Assembly (NCBI GenBank): GCA_035504945.1
Contig: DATJRH010000047.1
Coordinates: 2,157-66,156, forward strand
DNA from: Candidatus Aquilonibacter sp.
GTDB lineage: Bacteria; Verrucomicrobiota; Verrucomicrobiia; Limisphaerales; UBA11358
Length of the DNA stretch: 64,000 nt
Reading direction: 5' to 3'
Below the pieces are notes generated by a model. It did no database searches. It was not told the DNA's origin and saw nothing but the letters and a program-made list of their open reading frames with translations. Positions within the stretch are counted from its first letter, which is position 1. Every line of letters begins with the position of its first letter. This document shows, piece by piece, positions 61,412 through 64,000 of the stretch. Made by a program: the position numbers and the translations under genes.

Positions 61412-64000
61412 TTGAAAGCGCGCCCCAAAAATTCCGTCCTGCTGCCCGTGCTCCTGGCCGGGCTGGGCTTGGTGCTGGCCGGCATTGACCGGCCGGCGGC
61501 GGCGGTGCTGTATAATGTATATGACCTCGGCGGCCTCGCTGGCGACAGCAACACGCTGGCTCTGGCCGTCAATAATTCCGGGCAGATCGTCGGCTATTCA
61601 CAGGTCGGCGCGGCGAAGGATTACGTTCCGATTTTCTGGACGAATTATTTGAGCGCCGGCTTTGAACTTTCGCAGACGGGTGCGACCTACGAGGCCGACG
61701 CCCTCAACAACTCCGGCCAGATTGTCGGCGGCGACACCGGCCAGAGCGGTCTCGCCACTTTCTGGACCAACAGTGCTAGTCAGGAGTTTTATCTGGACTT
61801 GACCGGCGGGACGCGCAGCCAGGCAGAAGCCATCAATTCCTCCGGCCAGATTGTCGGCCGATACACCTCGCTCGCCACCGCCAGCGATTTGCCTGCATTC
61901 TGGACCAACAACGGCAGTCTTCTGCAGACGCTGGATTATTTGGGCGACGCGAACGGCACCGGCATTGCCCACGCCATCAATGACGCCGGCCAGATCGTGG
62001 GCGAGACCGGCCCGGACAAGAACCACCACGCGACGTATTGGACCAACAGCAGCAGTCTGGCCGTGGATCTCGGCACGTTGGGTGGCAGCAACAGCGCGGC
62101 TTTCAGTATCAATACCGTCGGCGAGATCGTGGGCGAGGCTTACGATGCCAGTGATCTGTATCGGGCGGCGTTCTGGACCAACGGCGTCAGTCCGCCGGTT
62201 CAACTGCCGTCGCTCGGCATCGGCACAAATTTGGCGGTCTGCATCAATAATCTCGGCCAGATTGTCGGCGTGTCGGCCACCACCAGCAACCCGCTCAACT
62301 TGGCGGCGGTTTATTGGGCCGACCACAACAGCGAGCCGGTGGACTTGAACACGCTGATCCCGACGAACAGCGGCTGGATTTTGCTCGGTGCCTCCGGCAT
62401 CAACGATTCCGGAGAAATTGTCGGCTTCGGCGTCATCACCAACAACGGATTAGTGCAGCAAGCGCATGCCTTTGCGCTTATCCCGGTGACCAATGCGGAT
62501 TTGAGTTTGAGCGCCAGTGCCGCGCCCGAGCCGGTCGGCGTGGGCAGCAATCTCGTTTACTCCCTCACCATCACTAACGCCGGACCGGACGCGGCGACCG
62601 GGGTGGTGGTCAGCAACCAAATTCCCGCCGATGTCACCTTTGTCTCGGCCACCGGCGGGGCCACGCCATCGGGCGGCGTTCTGCTGTTGAACCTTGGCTC
62701 GCTCGCTGAAGGCGCAACCAATTTGGTTCAGATTGCCGTGCAGCCGACTGTTGCAGGCCAACTCACGAATCTATTTCAAGTCTTCGCCAACGAATTCGAT
62801 CCCATGCTGATGAATAATTCCGCCACCGTCGTCAGCGCGGTCACGAATGCGCCGGCGGGCGTTCCCTTCGCCGTGACCATCACATTTCCGACGCCCGGCG
62901 AGGTGCTGACCAATCAGCAGTTTTTTTCCGTCATGGGCACCGTTCCGTCCAGCAACGGCGTCGCGGCGGTATCCAACGTTTGGGTGCAAGTGAACAATGA
63001 CGGCTGGTTTTATGCCTCCCAGCAGTATTCAGGAGATCTGACCAACTGGATTTCTTATTCATTTGGATATTTGGTTCCCGGCACCAACACGGTCCAGGCC
63101 TATGCGGTGGATACCGCCGGCAATGTGTCCGCCACCAACACTGTGACGTTTGTTTATGTGCCCACGGCCGGCACACAGTTCGCCGGTCGCGCGCCGGGCA
63201 CACCGGCGTCGGGCTTTAGCAATCCGGGCGGATCAGTTGTAGCCATCAATTTGGGCGGCGGCATTGGGGTGCAGCCGATCACCACCATTTTCGAGACGCC
63301 GCCCATCACGGCCTTGGCGGGGGATGTGGTGTTTTTGAAAAACGCGAACAACGGCGACAACCCCACGAACTGGGCGGCGGTGTTGCGCTTTGTGAATCCG
63401 GCCGATCCCACCGGGACCAACGGTCTGCTCGCGACGGAATATGAGACCTATTTCCAGACCAATGCCGCGCCGGATTATTTTGCGGGCTTTGTCTTGTTGC
63501 CCAATGCCATTTTCGTCCCGATCACACAAACCAACGCGGATGGGAGCATCGCCGGCGTAGCTGTGGATTTTGGTCCGGTTGGCGACATTTTGGGCGGTCA
63601 GGAAGCCATTTTAGATTACACCGCCGCCATTCAACCGGGTGCGGATTTGAGTTTGAGCGCCAGCGCCGCGCCGGAGCCGGTGGGCGTGGGCAGCAACCTG
63701 GTCTATTCCATCACCGTCAGCAATGCCGGCCCGTCAACGGCGACTGGAGTGGTGGTGAGCAATCAACTGCCCGCCGGTGTGAATTTTGTCTCCGCGACTG
63801 GCGGTGCGACGCCTTCGGACGGCGTTCTGCTGATGAACCTCGGTTCACTTGCTGTCGGCGAAACCAATTTGGTTCAGATTGCCGTGCAGCCGACCGTTGC
63901 AGGCCAACTCACGAATCTATTTCAAGTCTTCGCCAATGAATTTGATCCAAACGTGACGAACAATTCCGCCACCGTGGTCAGCGTGGTCACGAATGTGGCG
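61412..64000 (+). CDS. Large secreted HAF-repeat / DUF11 (conserved repeat domain) surface protein; 3' end beyond right edge (absent from ORF track)
   Basis: Own translation. The frame is open from 61313 to 64000 with no in-frame ATG near the 5' end. A TTG at 61412 gives (M)KARPKNSVLLPVLLAGLGLVLAG (signal peptide). Repeats of the INNSGQIVG type (HAF family). Two DUF11 modules ADLSLSASAAPEPVGVGSNLVYS.T..NAGP..ATGVVVSNQ.PA.V.FVSATGG. Confidence 0.8.
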   Translation, partial: MKARPKNSVLLPVLLAGLGLVLAGIDRPAAAVLYNVYDLGGLAGDSNTLALAVNNSGQIVGYSQVGAAKDYVPIFWTNYLSAGFELSQTGATYEADALNNSGQIVGGDTGQSGLATFWTNSASQEFYLDLTGGTRSQAEAINSSGQIVGRYTSLATASDLPAFWTNNGSLLQTLDYLGDANGTGIAHAINDAGQIVGETGPDKNHHATYWTNSSSLAVDLGTLGGSNSAAFSINTVGEIVGEAYDASDLYRAAFWTNGVSPPVQLPSLGIGTNLAVCINNLGQIVGVSATTSNPLNLAAVYWADHNSEPVDLNTLIPTNSGWILLGASGINDSGEIVGFGVITNNGLVQQAHAFALIPVTNADLSLSASAAPEPVGVGSNLVYSLTITNAGPDAATGVVVSNQIPADVTFVSATGGATPSGGVLLLNLGSLAEGATNLVQIAVQPTVAGQLTNLFQVFANEFDPMLMNNSATVVSAVTNAPAGVPFAVTITFPTPGEVLTNQQFFSVMGTVPSSNGVAAVSNVWVQVNNDGWFYASQQYSGDLTNWISYSFGYLVPGTNTVQAYAVDTAGNVSATNTVTFVYVPTAGTQFAGRAPGTPASGFSNPGGSVVAINLGGGIGVQPITTIFETPPITALAGDVVFLKNANNGDNPTNWAAVLRFVNPADPTGTNGLLATEYETYFQTNAAPDYFAGFVLLPNAIFVPITQTNADGSIAGVAVDFGPVGDILGGQEAILDYTAAIQPGADLSLSASAAPEPVGVGSNLVYSITVSNAGPSTATGVVVSNQLPAGVNFVSATGGATPSDGVLLMNLGSLAVGETNLVQIAVQPTVAGQLTNLFQVFANEFDPNVTNNSATVVSVVTNVA

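Noticed and set aside
61332-61415. The ATG-initiated mini-ORF MRIRRNVGLTAAMPALARSPARTPFAT as the start of the large HAF/DUF11 gene.
   Set aside because: It is in a different frame from the long ORF and ends at TGA 61413-61415. The long frame has no in-frame ATG near its 5' end, and TTG 61412 yields a proper signal peptide.

Overview
This is a 64-kb chromosomal segment from a moderately high-GC, diderm bacterium. The gene content (BamA/Skp, SBBP, HAF and DUF11 repeat exoproteins, membrane-tethered ECF sigma fusions with a TIGR03435-like domain, and a dense CAZyme cluster) points to a PVC/Verrucomicrobiota-like organism; that placement is inference only. All calls come from reading the sequence and the ORF track by eye. 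GC statements are by-eye estimates and no searches were run.

Housekeeping backbone:
- pheS, rplT, rpmI, skp, bamA, dnaB, hemW, a cold-shock protein gene
- a VWA protein plus a histidine kinase/response regulator pair
- mnmA, an ndk-like gene, gltBD, der, nrdJ, a LOG-family gene

Polysaccharide-degradation cluster (44-61 kb):
- two GH27 paralogs, a GH95-like protein, a GH43, a beta-helix/FN3 protein
- an esterase-gluconolactonase fusion
- a large HAF/DUF11 surface protein that runs off the right edge

Small AT-richer accessory islets interrupt this backbone:
1. A vapBC module is bracketed by 72-bp direct repeats of the pheS 3' end, next to a HEPN-like ORF.
2. A displaced native dnaB 3' fragment lies behind a compositionally mosaic dnaB.
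3. Three promoterless small-membrane-protein cassettes are separated by attC-like RYYYAAC...GTTRRRY elements with no integrase in the window. Exact-register 41-bp dyad repeats lie just upstream.
4. Thirteen exact 21-bp dyad-symmetric tandem repeats, open in all six frames, follow an XRE regulator and lie beside two tandem sigma-TM-TIGR03435 fusions.
5. A roughly 3-kb islet inside the CAZyme cluster holds an MNT/HTH pair, a MITE-like hairpin element that truncates an ORF, and a methyltransferase fused to an Mrr-like nuclease.

Several unrelated palindromic REP-like elements occur, two of them in frame inside coding sequences (der and the methyltransferase). I found no rRNA, tRNA or CRISPR array.
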